NCBI GenBank assembly: GCA_002457195.1
Contig: NTJU01000001.1
Coordinates: 1-52,450, forward strand
DNA: 52,450 bases
Direction: 5' to 3'
DNA from: Marine Group II euryarchaeote MED-G33
GTDB lineage: Archaea > Thermoplasmatota > Poseidoniia > Poseidoniales > Thalassarchaeaceae
The notes under the pieces were generated by a model that had not been told where the DNA came from, did no database searches, and saw only the letters and a list, made by a program, of their open reading frames with translations. A program made the position numbers and the translations under genes. Shown here piece by piece: positions 28,718 through 38,007 of the stretch (its first letter is position 1; each line of letters starts with the position of its first letter).

Positions 28718-28734
28718 AGCCTTTCATACCGGGC

Positions 28735-28752
28735 CGAGCCCCTTAGGGCTCG
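28735..28752 (+). terminator. GC-rich stem-loop (CGAGCCC-CTTA-GGGCTCG) between the RND stop and the EVE ATG
   Basis: Perfect 7-bp stem with a 4-nt loop, ending 1 nt before the ATG at 28753. Confidence 0.35.
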
Positions 28753-29214
28753 ATGGTCGCATACTGGCTGATGAAATCCGAGCCCCACGTCTACCCGTGG
28801 GAACAACTGGTCGAGGATGGAAGTACACATTGGGATGGCGTACGTAATTACCAAGCCAGGAATACGATGAGGGATGATATGAAGATCGGAGATCTTGTAT
28901 TATTTTATCACTCAAATACCAAGCCACCCCATGTTGCAGGGATCGCAAAAGTGTGCCGCGAAGGATACCCAGACCATACGGCACAAGATCCAAATTCAAA
29001 TTACTTCGACCCAAAAGCGAACCCTGAAAACCCACGGTGGATGATGGTTGACATCGAACCTGTCCAGCCGATGGAAGAGATTGTGACGCTACCGGATATG
29101 AAAGCAAATCCAGTTCTTGAAGGAATGCCCCTATTGGCGAAAGGGTCCCGGCTCAGCGTACAGTCTGTTCCGACTGAATATTTCGAGGAAGTTTGTCGTA
29201 TGGGTGGACTGTGA
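28753..29214 (+). CDS. EVE (PUA-like) domain protein
   Basis: YWLMKSEPHVYPWEQL...WDGVRNYQARNTMRDDMKIGDLVLFYHSN...HVAGIAKV is a typical EVE/thymocyte-nuclear-protein-1-like sequence. Confidence 0.85.
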   Translation: MVAYWLMKSEPHVYPWEQLVEDGSTHWDGVRNYQARNTMRDDMKIGDLVLFYHSNTKPPHVAGIAKVCREGYPDHTAQDPNSNYFDPKANPENPRWMMVDIEPVQPMEEIVTLPDMKANPVLEGMPLLAKGSRLSVQSVPTEYFEEVCRMGGL

Positions 29215-30419
29215 TGGATGAAATTCCAGTCGCTGCACGGGCTGCAAATATCGAATATGCCATTCGCGATGTTGTTGTTCCTGCAACGGTATTGGAAGCT
29301 GAAGGACACGAAATAATCAAGCTGAATATTGGTGATCCAATCGCCTATCCAGGATTGCCCACCCCCAGCCATATGATTGAAGCTTTCAAAGATAGTTTGT
29401 CTAGGGGTGAAACGGGATACTCCCCCTCATACGGATTGGCAGAATTACGGGTAGCCATTGCTGAAGATGAAACAAACAAGGGGTGGAACTGTTCCCCTGA
29501 CGATGTCTATGTTTGTCACGGTGTGACTGAAGCCCTGCAAATTATTTTCACTGCGACATTGGAAGCGGGAACGAAAGTCTTGGCGCCAGGGCCACACTAC
29601 CCTCCATACATGGCATATCCACAATTGTATGGGGCTCAGACGATTGAATACCGACTCGACTCTGAGAACGGTTGGCGTGTCGATTTCGACGATATTGAGG
29701 CGAAAATGGATGATAGTGTTCGTCTATTGGTTCTGATTAACCCCAACAACCCGACAGGAAATGTTGCGAATTCGGATGAGATTGATCGAATGATTTCAAT
29801 CGCCGAAAAATGGCCGAATTGTATGATTGTAGCGGATGAAATTTATGACGAGTTGGATTTCACCGACACACAAACCAGTGTTGCTTCTCGAAGTCAATCG
29901 GTCCCAATATTCGTTCTCAATGGAGTATCAAAGGTATACTACGCCCCCGGCTGGAGAATTGGATACATGGCATTGCATGACCCTACCAACCGGTTGGGAG
30001 CAGTACGGGATGGGATTGAGAGATTGTTGAGATCACGTCTGTGCGCATCCACACCTGCACAAATGGGCTACTTGGCAGGACTCACCCAATCAAGAGATTG
30101 GATGGATGGTTATACGCAGAATGTACTCGCTAAACGTGACCTCTGTTTGAAACGGATTTCGGAGATTGATGGCCTTGAGGTTCAACGCCCAGGAGGGGCG
30201 TTCTACATGTTTGTCAGATTGACTGATCCCCATTGGGCTGAAGACGACAAAAAATTTGTGCTCGATTTGCTACATTCCGAGCATGTCTTGGTCGTCCATG
30301 GAAGTGGATTTTCACAACAAATGGGGAATGGACACTTCCGACTTGTCTACCTCGCAGAACCTGATGTTCTGAATGAGGCCTTTGACAGAATTGAGCGATT
30401 TTTACAGCGCTCACGATGA
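29214..30419 (+). CDS. class I/II PLP-dependent aminotransferase (alanine/aspartate aminotransferase-like)
   Basis: LNIGDP, LINPNNPTGNV, ADEIYDEL, and SKVYYAPGWRIGY (PLP lysine). The ATG at 29214 shares one nucleotide with the EVE stop codon (TGATG). Confidence 0.85.
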   Translation: MDEIPVAARAANIEYAIRDVVVPATVLEAEGHEIIKLNIGDPIAYPGLPTPSHMIEAFKDSLSRGETGYSPSYGLAELRVAIAEDETNKGWNCSPDDVYVCHGVTEALQIIFTATLEAGTKVLAPGPHYPPYMAYPQLYGAQTIEYRLDSENGWRVDFDDIEAKMDDSVRLLVLINPNNPTGNVANSDEIDRMISIAEKWPNCMIVADEIYDELDFTDTQTSVASRSQSVPIFVLNGVSKVYYAPGWRIGYMALHDPTNRLGAVRDGIERLLRSRLCASTPAQMGYLAGLTQSRDWMDGYTQNVLAKRDLCLKRISEIDGLEVQRPGGAFYMFVRLTDPHWAEDDKKFVLDLLHSEHVLVVHGSGFSQQMGNGHFRLVYLAEPDVLNEAFDRIERFLQRSR

Positions 30420-30437
30420 ACCCCTCACGTGCGCGCG

Positions 30438-30462
30438 CCACGCTGCGGTTCCCGCAGCGTGG
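30438..30462 (+). terminator. perfect 11-bp stem-loop after the aminotransferase gene
   Basis: CCACGCTGCGG-TTC-CCGCAGCGTGG, 19 nt after the stop, preceded by a 13-nt alternating Py/Pu tract (30426..30438). Confidence 0.45.
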
Positions 30463-30502
30463 AGTCGCAAGCGCTTAGAACCAGACTGGAAGTCGAGGAA
30501 CG

Positions 30503-33500
30503 ATGCGAACTGTTCGGATGGTGTTGTTCGGACTGGCATTCCTAATTTGCTTGTTGCCTCTCGGTTCGGCTGAAGTCGTAATTATCGAATATGACACACT
30601 TGATTTTGGATTGCTCATCCCAATCATCGCTGCGTCAATTGGCACGGTTACGCTATGGCAATGGATTCTCCCCCTCAGTCTAGGCAATTTGCAAGTTGCC
30701 TTCGAAGTCGATGATGATCTGTATGAAGTTCACAGACTCACTCGAACAAAATCGCAGATTAGGAGCCTTTTGGCACTGCGTGGTGTATCGATGGGGGTGC
30801 TTTCGTATCTGATGGCAATGGGAGGTATAATGCTCATTGTTGCGGAATTATTGATTGGCCCCGGGACGTTTTACAAACCCATTGTTTTCGTCACCATGGC
30901 TTTTGTTTGTGTACCAATTATTGTTTCACCAATTGTGACCATGTATGCCCAAATTCGTGCGATGAATAAACGATTGATACACGAAAAATTTTCGACTCAA
31001 TTCATTGGTTACTTTGGAACTGCAGTTGCAATGATGATGATTTTGTCCTCGATCCTGTATTATGGTTGGACTGCTGCGAACACAGATGCAGGTTTTGATA
31101 CCTCTGTGATGATTAAATGGAGTGGGTATGCACTGCTTGTTTTCATGTCTCCAACCATCTTTGCTTATGGTCGAATCATGGGGGCTTCTTGGAATACATT
31201 GCTGCTTTCTAAATGGCGCACTGCCAAAGGGTGGAAAACACCAATCGACCCCGATAGCCCTCGGTTTTTCCGTCGATTAATTTCTCTTTTCTTGGTGGTA
31301 TTCCTTGCAACCATGCCACTGGCTGCAATCAATGGAATTGTCACACTAATTCATGTCATCATCAATCAACCACCTAATGCCGATCGTCTACTCGATGTAG
31401 GTGGGATTCTAGGTGAGGCGATTTTCTCAATGGTCGAGAATTCGGAATTTATGCGGAAAATCATATCATTGAAGACTCTGCAAGAAGTTCTCGCCTCTTA
31501 TCTGATGCTCAATGTTGCCATTGTTGGTTTGGCGTTTATCTTTGAATTGACTCGCAACTTGTTTCTCGGAGGTCAAACGTTTGCTGGAGTCGGTGGTGTG
31601 ATTCTTGCCCAACCTAGAGATATTCGAACTGAACCAGAAGTTCAGGGACGAATTCTATTCTTCGGATTGGCTGGCTTTTCGGGTTACGTTGTTTTGCTGC
31701 TGGTTTTGCAAACATACAAAGAATTCAACCAACTAATGCCCTATGGAGATCGTGTTACTGAGCAACTATTGCTTCAAAGTACATGGCAATTTATTGCAGC
31801 GGGTCAACTTATTTTCTTGCTAACTTGGATTTTGTCAGTCGGTAGGTTTGGGCACTTGCGGAGTCTCAAGTTTGACCTATCGCCTGATGAACGAAGAGAG
31901 GGAGTGATCATGGCTGGTGGTGGTGACTGGATGCGAGATCATATCGAAGTTGCCGCTAGGGCGGACGACATAGCCACTCTACGAAATTTCCAAACCGAAC
32001 AAATTGATGGTGACAAAGCTGTTGTCAGACTTGAAAAAAGTCGTGCTAAGATGATTGAATCAGCACTGCGTGGGTTATGGCCTAGAGCGATTGAAGAAGC
32101 TAGAAAGGTTCTCGCAATTCAAGGTGGTGAAGATGATGAAGCACGAATGATCATTGCTACAGGGCATGTTGCTTGTAGACGATTTGATGCTGCAAAGGAG
32201 GCGCTCCGTGGCATGGAACAACCCGAAGGGTACGATGAGCCCGAATTACTCGCCCTGACAATGGAATGGTTGGACCCATGGGCTGGCCGGGTTAGTGCAG
32301 ATGATTTGTATGACTGGGAAAATAACTCAACCATAGACCATTTGCGAGAGATGCAGAAACGGCTAAAGTCGTGGTCTCCAGACACGACAATTGGCACTGC
32401 TCATACTGACAGATTATCACTCCACTCACAAATTGCCAGCGCAGCGATGCTCCGAGCACAGAGGCGAAGCGCGGAGGCACTCGACCTCTGTCTCGACATG
32501 GTCCGAACACACCCTGACTCGACTTTGGCTAGAATTGCTTGTTCACTTTGCATGATTGATTTAGGCGAGTGGTTTGATGCGCTTGACGTTTTTGAAGAAG
32601 TCAACGAGTCTAGCCCTGAAGACCCGCGGGTGAAAGCCCTTGCAGGTATTCTAGGATTCCAGGCCGATGCAGATGAGTTGGAAATCGCCCTAGCGATTGG
32701 TTCAGATGCTGAAAAAGCAGCATGGATTGATGATGCTCCAGTCAACCCATTTGCAGCCCTCAGTTCAAACAAGGGTATGGATGAAGCCCTGAATGCCAAT
32801 GTCATGGTGCTTGCTCATGAGGCCCTAGAAAGGGGTGCACCCCCTGTTTATACCTCACCATTGGTAGTGATTCTCATCAATTGGGCCGTTCTTTTCCCTG
32901 CTTGGTTTGTACTCGGTTGGTTGGCTTGGATGGAAACTGAACAGAATTTAGTTGTGGGTATTGGCACAACGATTGCACTGATAGGTTTACATCTTTTCAC
33001 ACGACGATTTAGACGACTACAACGACGTATCATCAAGCATCGTGATCAGCGGGGAATGATGTTGTATGCAAAGAAAATGCGAAGCCATAGAGTATCAGGA
33101 GATCAGAACAAAATGCCCATCGGTAACCACCTCCTTTTGAAGGGATTACTCGTGACTGTTAACGGCAATGTATTCGACATTGGCTTCCCTGGTTGGTTGG
33201 TGGTTCGTTTGCCGAAAGAACGTGATCGGCAATTCAAGAATCGTGTGAGAAATCGTATGCGTGAAATGAAATCCAGTCGACTTGCGCGTGCTCAACCGTT
33301 GCCTGAACGCTGGTGGACTAAGAGGCCGAAACCTGTTGACAAGGGCATGCGGACTCTTGAACGACTAATCGGGCCAGCCGCCTACAGGGGTGCTCATCGA
33401 CGTAGTCTGGGCATTCAGGGCAAGTTGGAATCGGGTCGCCAAAGAGATCGAAAACCAATTATGGATACTCGTCCCGACAAACGTGGGATCCCCATTCACT

Positions 33501-33643
33501 CAAACCCTGATGAAGGCGCAGCTAAAAGGCCGACTGCAAGACCTGAACAAGTCAAAAGAATTCAAGATATTTCCCGCGGCCCGGCTAAAAAATTCAGACG
33601 TGGTAGCAATGAGGAATACGATGACTTCCAAGACTTTTCATAG
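30503..33643 (+). CDS. hypothetical 1046-aa polytopic membrane protein with a central helical-repeat (TPR-like) block and a basic C-terminal tail
   Basis: Signal-like MVLFGLAFLICLLPLGSA. About 10 hydrophobic segments in the first ~460 aa, then a soluble helical region, then two more TM segments (VILINWAVLFPAWFVLGWLAW, VVGIGTTIALIGLHLF), then an Arg/Lys-rich tail. No family recognised. Confidence 0.6.
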   Translation: MRTVRMVLFGLAFLICLLPLGSAEVVIIEYDTLDFGLLIPIIAASIGTVTLWQWILPLSLGNLQVAFEVDDDLYEVHRLTRTKSQIRSLLALRGVSMGVLSYLMAMGGIMLIVAELLIGPGTFYKPIVFVTMAFVCVPIIVSPIVTMYAQIRAMNKRLIHEKFSTQFIGYFGTAVAMMMILSSILYYGWTAANTDAGFDTSVMIKWSGYALLVFMSPTIFAYGRIMGASWNTLLLSKWRTAKGWKTPIDPDSPRFFRRLISLFLVVFLATMPLAAINGIVTLIHVIINQPPNADRLLDVGGILGEAIFSMVENSEFMRKIISLKTLQEVLASYLMLNVAIVGLAFIFELTRNLFLGGQTFAGVGGVILAQPRDIRTEPEVQGRILFFGLAGFSGYVVLLLVLQTYKEFNQLMPYGDRVTEQLLLQSTWQFIAAGQLIFLLTWILSVGRFGHLRSLKFDLSPDERREGVIMAGGGDWMRDHIEVAARADDIATLRNFQTEQIDGDKAVVRLEKSRAKMIESALRGLWPRAIEEARKVLAIQGGEDDEARMIIATGHVACRRFDAAKEALRGMEQPEGYDEPELLALTMEWLDPWAGRVSADDLYDWENNSTIDHLREMQKRLKSWSPDTTIGTAHTDRLSLHSQIASAAMLRAQRRSAEALDLCLDMVRTHPDSTLARIACSLCMIDLGEWFDALDVFEEVNESSPEDPRVKALAGILGFQADADELEIALAIGSDAEKAAWIDDAPVNPFAALSSNKGMDEALNANVMVLAHEALERGAPPVYTSPLVVILINWAVLFPAWFVLGWLAWMETEQNLVVGIGTTIALIGLHLFTRRFRRLQRRIIKHRDQRGMMLYAKKMRSHRVSGDQNKMPIGNHLLLKGLLVTVNGNVFDIGFPGWLVVRLPKERDRQFKNRVRNRMREMKSSRLARAQPLPERWWTKRPKPVDKGMRTLERLIGPAAYRGAHRRSLGIQGKLESGRQRDRKPIMDTRPDKRGIPIHSNPDEGAAKRPTARPEQVKRIQDISRGPAKKFRRGSNEEYDDFQDFS

Positions 33644-33651
33644 GTGATTGA

Positions 33652-34755
33652 ATGCCGCTTGTTGATGACTCCATGGACGAATCAACGCCTTGGTTAATCA
33701 CAAAATTACGACAGCGATATTTGCCCACTGAATCTGGATTCATTATTGATCGTGAAACCAATAATTTACCAGTATGGTGTGTATCAACTTCTGCATTTGA
33801 CAAGTGGTTTAGTGAACTGGAAAGTGTGATTGATCAGACCTTAGGTCGGAGATTGGCCTACGCCTCTGCTGAATCAGAGGAATTGCGATGGAGTTTGGCA
33901 CCACCATTGCCCAAAGCCTGGTTCGGACAACAAAAGAAACGTATTGGAATTATGAATATCGATTGGGCCATTCGTGGTTTGGGTCAACTCGAGATTTTAG
34001 AATCTACAACCCAAGGTTCTACCCTACTCATCGCCAATCGTGGGCACACTGCGATCGCTGCAGGCATGGGCAATGCGGGTTGGGAGCAAATTCAAGAGGC
34101 ACGATTTCGATTCCAATGGTCAGATCGTGGTGCGGGGGAGACCGTTGTTGAAACGATTCCTGACCCAAGACAGATTCCCGCCACGAAAAGTCTCGAAATA
34201 CCGTGGGTGGATGGGGTTGGTGATGTGGTGGATGATGAACGGACTTTTCACCGTGCACGTCATGAAGCAGATGGTGTGTGGACCGTTGAAGGAAATCGAA
34301 CTTTGATGATCTATCGTGATTTATTGATGCGATTCGAATCACTGGCAATCCCATACCTTGCGGACACACCACGTTCGACCGATTCGCGCACTGATTGGGT
34401 GGGAATTCAGGAATCTGAAAAGGTTGTACTCTGGGATGCGATGGCCGAGGCTTCGAGAAAGCAATTCCTGGCATCGGGGGAACTCGTATTGGTTGCCGAC
34501 CCCGAACACTGGATTTCAGTATCGAAGAGATATATGGCCATGCAAGGATTGGGTCAAGTTTCGAAGTCAATTGGAATTGATGGGCATGGTGGTGTAGAAC
34601 TACACCTGGCAGCGGCATTGCATCCAGCCATCGTGGTCGGTCGCTTGATTGGCTGCTGGGAACGTGCAGAAGGGCGCGCAGCCAAGGCTACTTGGTCCGC
34701 AAGTGGTGATGGGCACTGCATCAAAATCGAGAGCCGGCGAGTAATTGCAGAATGA
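33652..34755 (+). CDS. hypothetical soluble protein, possibly with tandem V4R-like ligand-binding domains
   Basis: Starts 8 nt after the previous stop. It has two similar halves containing IRGLGQLEI...GHTAIAAGMGNAGWEQI and MQGLGQVSK...AIVVGRLIGCWERAEG. The V4R resemblance is tentative. Confidence 0.5.
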   Translation: MPLVDDSMDESTPWLITKLRQRYLPTESGFIIDRETNNLPVWCVSTSAFDKWFSELESVIDQTLGRRLAYASAESEELRWSLAPPLPKAWFGQQKKRIGIMNIDWAIRGLGQLEILESTTQGSTLLIANRGHTAIAAGMGNAGWEQIQEARFRFQWSDRGAGETVVETIPDPRQIPATKSLEIPWVDGVGDVVDDERTFHRARHEADGVWTVEGNRTLMIYRDLLMRFESLAIPYLADTPRSTDSRTDWVGIQESEKVVLWDAMAEASRKQFLASGELVLVADPEHWISVSKRYMAMQGLGQVSKSIGIDGHGGVELHLAAALHPAIVVGRLIGCWERAEGRAAKATWSASGDGHCIKIESRRVIAE

Positions 34756-34866
34756 TAAAAAAATCACTCAAAAACTCGCGATTCTTTGCCACACGGCTCC
34801 ACTCAAGCATTAAGTGCAAAGCGTAGTGTCGCTAGACAGTCGAAGGGTGCTACGCACCCTGTGGAG

Positions 34867-37800
34867 ATGTATCATATGGGATTGAATCACAATCAGTGGG
34901 CTGTCGTAGCAATTACCGCAACACTTTGCTTAGCCGGCATGTATACAATCGTCGGTTCGGCTCTAGAAACACTTGATTCTGCAGGATTCGAAGGTGCTGG
35001 AGATGACATCCAAGCACCAGAAGATGAAACACAACTCGAAGGCTCGGATTTTGACGAAGATGGCCTGAGTGACAGAATGGAAATTACCCAATATGGTACT
35101 GATTTTGATAATGACGATACAGATGGCGATGGTTTACTCGATGGATGGGAAGTCGCCAATGGACTAGACCCACTCGATGATGGCGACGCCGACTTTGGAG
35201 AAATAGAATCAAGTCAAAATCCAAATGAGGATGATGTTACGACAGGAGAGAATAACGAAACATTCCCCGATCCAGACAATGGGCCGATGGGCGACCCTGA
35301 CCGTGATGGTTTGCCCAATGCTGAAGAGGCTGAATATGGAACCAATCCAAATCTAAGAGACAGTGATTCTGACGGACTTAACGATGGCTGGGAAGTACTT
35401 CACCAACAAACCGTAATCGGTGCTGATGGAATCCCATTCACGCTGATGAACCCAACAGATGCAAACTGGGAATGCAGTCTACTCAGCCCACAAGTCGAAG
35501 CGGACTGGATTGCTGCGTTTGGTATTGATGAGTGGAACATGCTGGAAGATTCCTTCTCAAACCGGCACTCCTGTGACTCGGTTTTAGATGTCGACTCAGA
35601 TACAATGCCAAATTACATTGAGGAGCGATATGGAACGGACCCTTGGTCAGAGGACAGTGATGGCGACCTCATTGGCGATGAAGTCGAAGTTGGATTCGGT
35701 GATATAACAATCAATTCATACTGTGGAAATACTGTAAACTCGATGTCTATTTCTGCTCCATTTACACAGGCACGCCAAACCGAAGAGAATCTCGAATGGT
35801 TTGAGGAAGACATGGACAATGATGGACGAGCAAACGGACCTGGTGATTGGGATACAGATGGTGATGGTATGCCTGATGGGTTCGAATATTGTTACAAAGA
35901 AATTCTCGACCCCGCAAATGCTACAGATTCCTTTGCAGATTCCGATGGCGATGGATTGTCGAACGTCGAAGAATACCAAGTTGCATACACTTGGGGTGCA
36001 TCGCAATTCACTGACCCTACAGACAATGATACTGATGATGACTTCATGCCCGATGGATGGGAAGCCAACAACGGGTTGAATCCTCGAAATGGTAGCAATG
36101 GAATCGACGACCCTGACCATGATGGATTCGACCAAAATGGAAATGGGGATGTCCGCCTTTCAGAGTTTGATGGATTTGCCCGAGTGCATTCATTGAATGT
36201 CGATCTCTATCAAGAAGTGACGGAGAATCAAACCGTAGCATGGGCAAAGATCACGCTATCTGGCGCCAGTTCAGGTGGTACACAATATGAACTCATTCCG
36301 CTATTGGCACCTTGTGATGGGTTTGTTTATTCGATTTCAGCACAATTAAATGAAGAGATTACAGAACGTAGCTTTGTGTGGATGAATATTGTTGAACACG
36401 ATGAGCGATTCACCAACCTCGATGAATACGAAGCTCGTGACCGTGATGGTGATGGTGTAATCGATGGGCGCTCTAGTGACCCATTGAACCCAGATACCGA
36501 TGGGGATGGGCTACTCGATGGAATCGAAGTCATGGGATGGACCATTCGAGTTGTCAATCGTGGCGTGAATGTAGTTCACGTAACCAGCGACCCTGGGGTT
36601 TTCGATACCGACGGTGATGGACTAAATGACAGTCGTGAATATTACATCACATACACCAACGCGAGCAATCGCGATACTGACAGTGACAATCTAGAAGATT
36701 ACACGGAAGCAGTTGATGGATACGTTTGGGATGGAGTACCATACACAACCAATGCATCCATGTTCGACACCGACAATGATGGGCTCGAAGATGGTGAAGA
36801 AATTGCGCTTGGTCTCGATCAATACATCACACACGCCAACAATTCGGATACTGACAATGATACGCTCAATGATGGTGATGAAGTTCTATTCATCCCTCGC
36901 CCGTGGCAGTCGGCCACCAACCCTCTTGTCAACGATACAGACAATGATGGCATGCTGGACGGATGGGAAATGCAAGTTGAATCAACTACGGACAATACCC
37001 GATCTCATTCATTGTGGATTGCCATGAGTACTTGGAGACCTGTTGGCTGTGAGGACTCATCCTGTGAGAAGGCCCCTGGTGGTTGGATTTATCTCAATGG
37101 AATCCAAGAATGGTCCGGCAGTGCTGGAGATGCTGATAATGATGGAAAACCAGATCCGAAATATTTCATCCATGAAATGAACCTGACTGGTTTCTCAATG
37201 CCTACAGAAGGTGGACGTTGGGCACTGGACCCCGCGATGGGTAGTTTGCCAGATGCCAACTTCGATGTAGACAACGACACCCTACCGAACGCGATGGAGG
37301 CACCGGACCGTTGGAATACCAACCCTGTTGATGACGACACTGATGGTGACAGATTGGCAGATGGCTGGGAAGTTTATTGGTCGGATAAGGCGCTAGAACT
37401 GGGGCTTTCAAACTCCGAGGAACTACAAGCAATCGGTGCACGCGGTCCGATGGACCCAAGCATGATTGACAGCGATCTAGATGGGATTGAAGATGGAGAG
37501 GAAGATTTCGATCGAGATGGATTGAATCGAACCAACCTACTGAACCGATATTGCCCCTCGCACAATGACCCAACCACATTCAATTGCCACATTGATCCTA
37601 CCACAGAATCAGGTGGGCAGTTCTATGATGACTTGGAGAATTTTACCAACTATGAGGAATTGTTGAATGGCACCAGCCCGGTCCAGAACGATACTGAAGG
37701 TGATGGTTTAGAAGATGGTCCAGAAGTATTCTACCAAGACCATGACAACGATGACATGGCTTCTGGTTGGGAATATTACTTCCAATTCGATCCATTCGAT

Positions 37801-37929
37801 GCCGCTGACGCAATAATCGACGTTGATCAAGATGGTTACTCCAATAAATGTGAAGAAAAATGGTACACAAATCCACGTGAACCGACAAGCTTCCCAGGTC
37901 AAGGCCAACACTGTGACAACTTTGAATGA
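34867..37929 (+). CDS. very acidic surface protein made of about 25 bacterial thrombospondin type-3-like Ca-binding repeats
   Basis: N-terminal anchor WAVVAITATLCLAGMYTIVG, then repeats of the form D-x-D-x-D-G-x-x-D-x-x-E, e.g. DTDGDGLLDGWE, DSDSDGLNDGWE, DTDNDGMLDGWE, DTDGDRLADGWE. I prefer the ATG at 34867 over the TTG at 34786. Confidence 0.75.
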   Translation: MYHMGLNHNQWAVVAITATLCLAGMYTIVGSALETLDSAGFEGAGDDIQAPEDETQLEGSDFDEDGLSDRMEITQYGTDFDNDDTDGDGLLDGWEVANGLDPLDDGDADFGEIESSQNPNEDDVTTGENNETFPDPDNGPMGDPDRDGLPNAEEAEYGTNPNLRDSDSDGLNDGWEVLHQQTVIGADGIPFTLMNPTDANWECSLLSPQVEADWIAAFGIDEWNMLEDSFSNRHSCDSVLDVDSDTMPNYIEERYGTDPWSEDSDGDLIGDEVEVGFGDITINSYCGNTVNSMSISAPFTQARQTEENLEWFEEDMDNDGRANGPGDWDTDGDGMPDGFEYCYKEILDPANATDSFADSDGDGLSNVEEYQVAYTWGASQFTDPTDNDTDDDFMPDGWEANNGLNPRNGSNGIDDPDHDGFDQNGNGDVRLSEFDGFARVHSLNVDLYQEVTENQTVAWAKITLSGASSGGTQYELIPLLAPCDGFVYSISAQLNEEITERSFVWMNIVEHDERFTNLDEYEARDRDGDGVIDGRSSDPLNPDTDGDGLLDGIEVMGWTIRVVNRGVNVVHVTSDPGVFDTDGDGLNDSREYYITYTNASNRDTDSDNLEDYTEAVDGYVWDGVPYTTNASMFDTDNDGLEDGEEIALGLDQYITHANNSDTDNDTLNDGDEVLFIPRPWQSATNPLVNDTDNDGMLDGWEMQVESTTDNTRSHSLWIAMSTWRPVGCEDSSCEKAPGGWIYLNGIQEWSGSAGDADNDGKPDPKYFIHEMNLTGFSMPTEGGRWALDPAMGSLPDANFDVDNDTLPNAMEAPDRWNTNPVDDDTDGDRLADGWEVYWSDKALELGLSNSEELQAIGARGPMDPSMIDSDLDGIEDGEEDFDRDGLNRTNLLNRYCPSHNDPTTFNCHIDPTTESGGQFYDDLENFTNYEELLNGTSPVQNDTEGDGLEDGPEVFYQDHDNDDMASGWEYYFQFDPFDAADAIIDVDQDGYSNKCEEKWYTNPREPTSFPGQGQHCDNFE

Positions 37930-37945
37930 TGGATTTAGTTCGAAA

Positions 37946-37963
37946 AGCGCCCTGTAGGGCGCT
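37946..37963 (+). terminator. GC-rich stem-loop (AGCGCCC-TGTA-GGGCGCT) after the TSP3-repeat gene
   Basis: Perfect 7-bp stem with a 4-nt loop, 17 nt after the stop at 37929. Confidence 0.4.
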
Positions 37964-38007
37964 CAAGCGAACCAACGATTCAAAACGGTGCAGGTAGCCC
38001 TGTTGTC

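Noticed and set aside
34028-34618. 196-aa minus-strand ORF
   Set aside because: It is antisense to the 33652..34755 gene, is Pro/His/Ser-rich, and has no motifs. I treat it as a shadow ORF.
34900-37900. Periodic DNA repeats that could be mistaken for a CRISPR or satellite array (also at 43850..44520)
   Set aside because: The periodicity is in-frame and encodes D-x-D-x-D-G calcium-binding repeats. The units are degenerate at the DNA level and there is no repeat-spacer structure.
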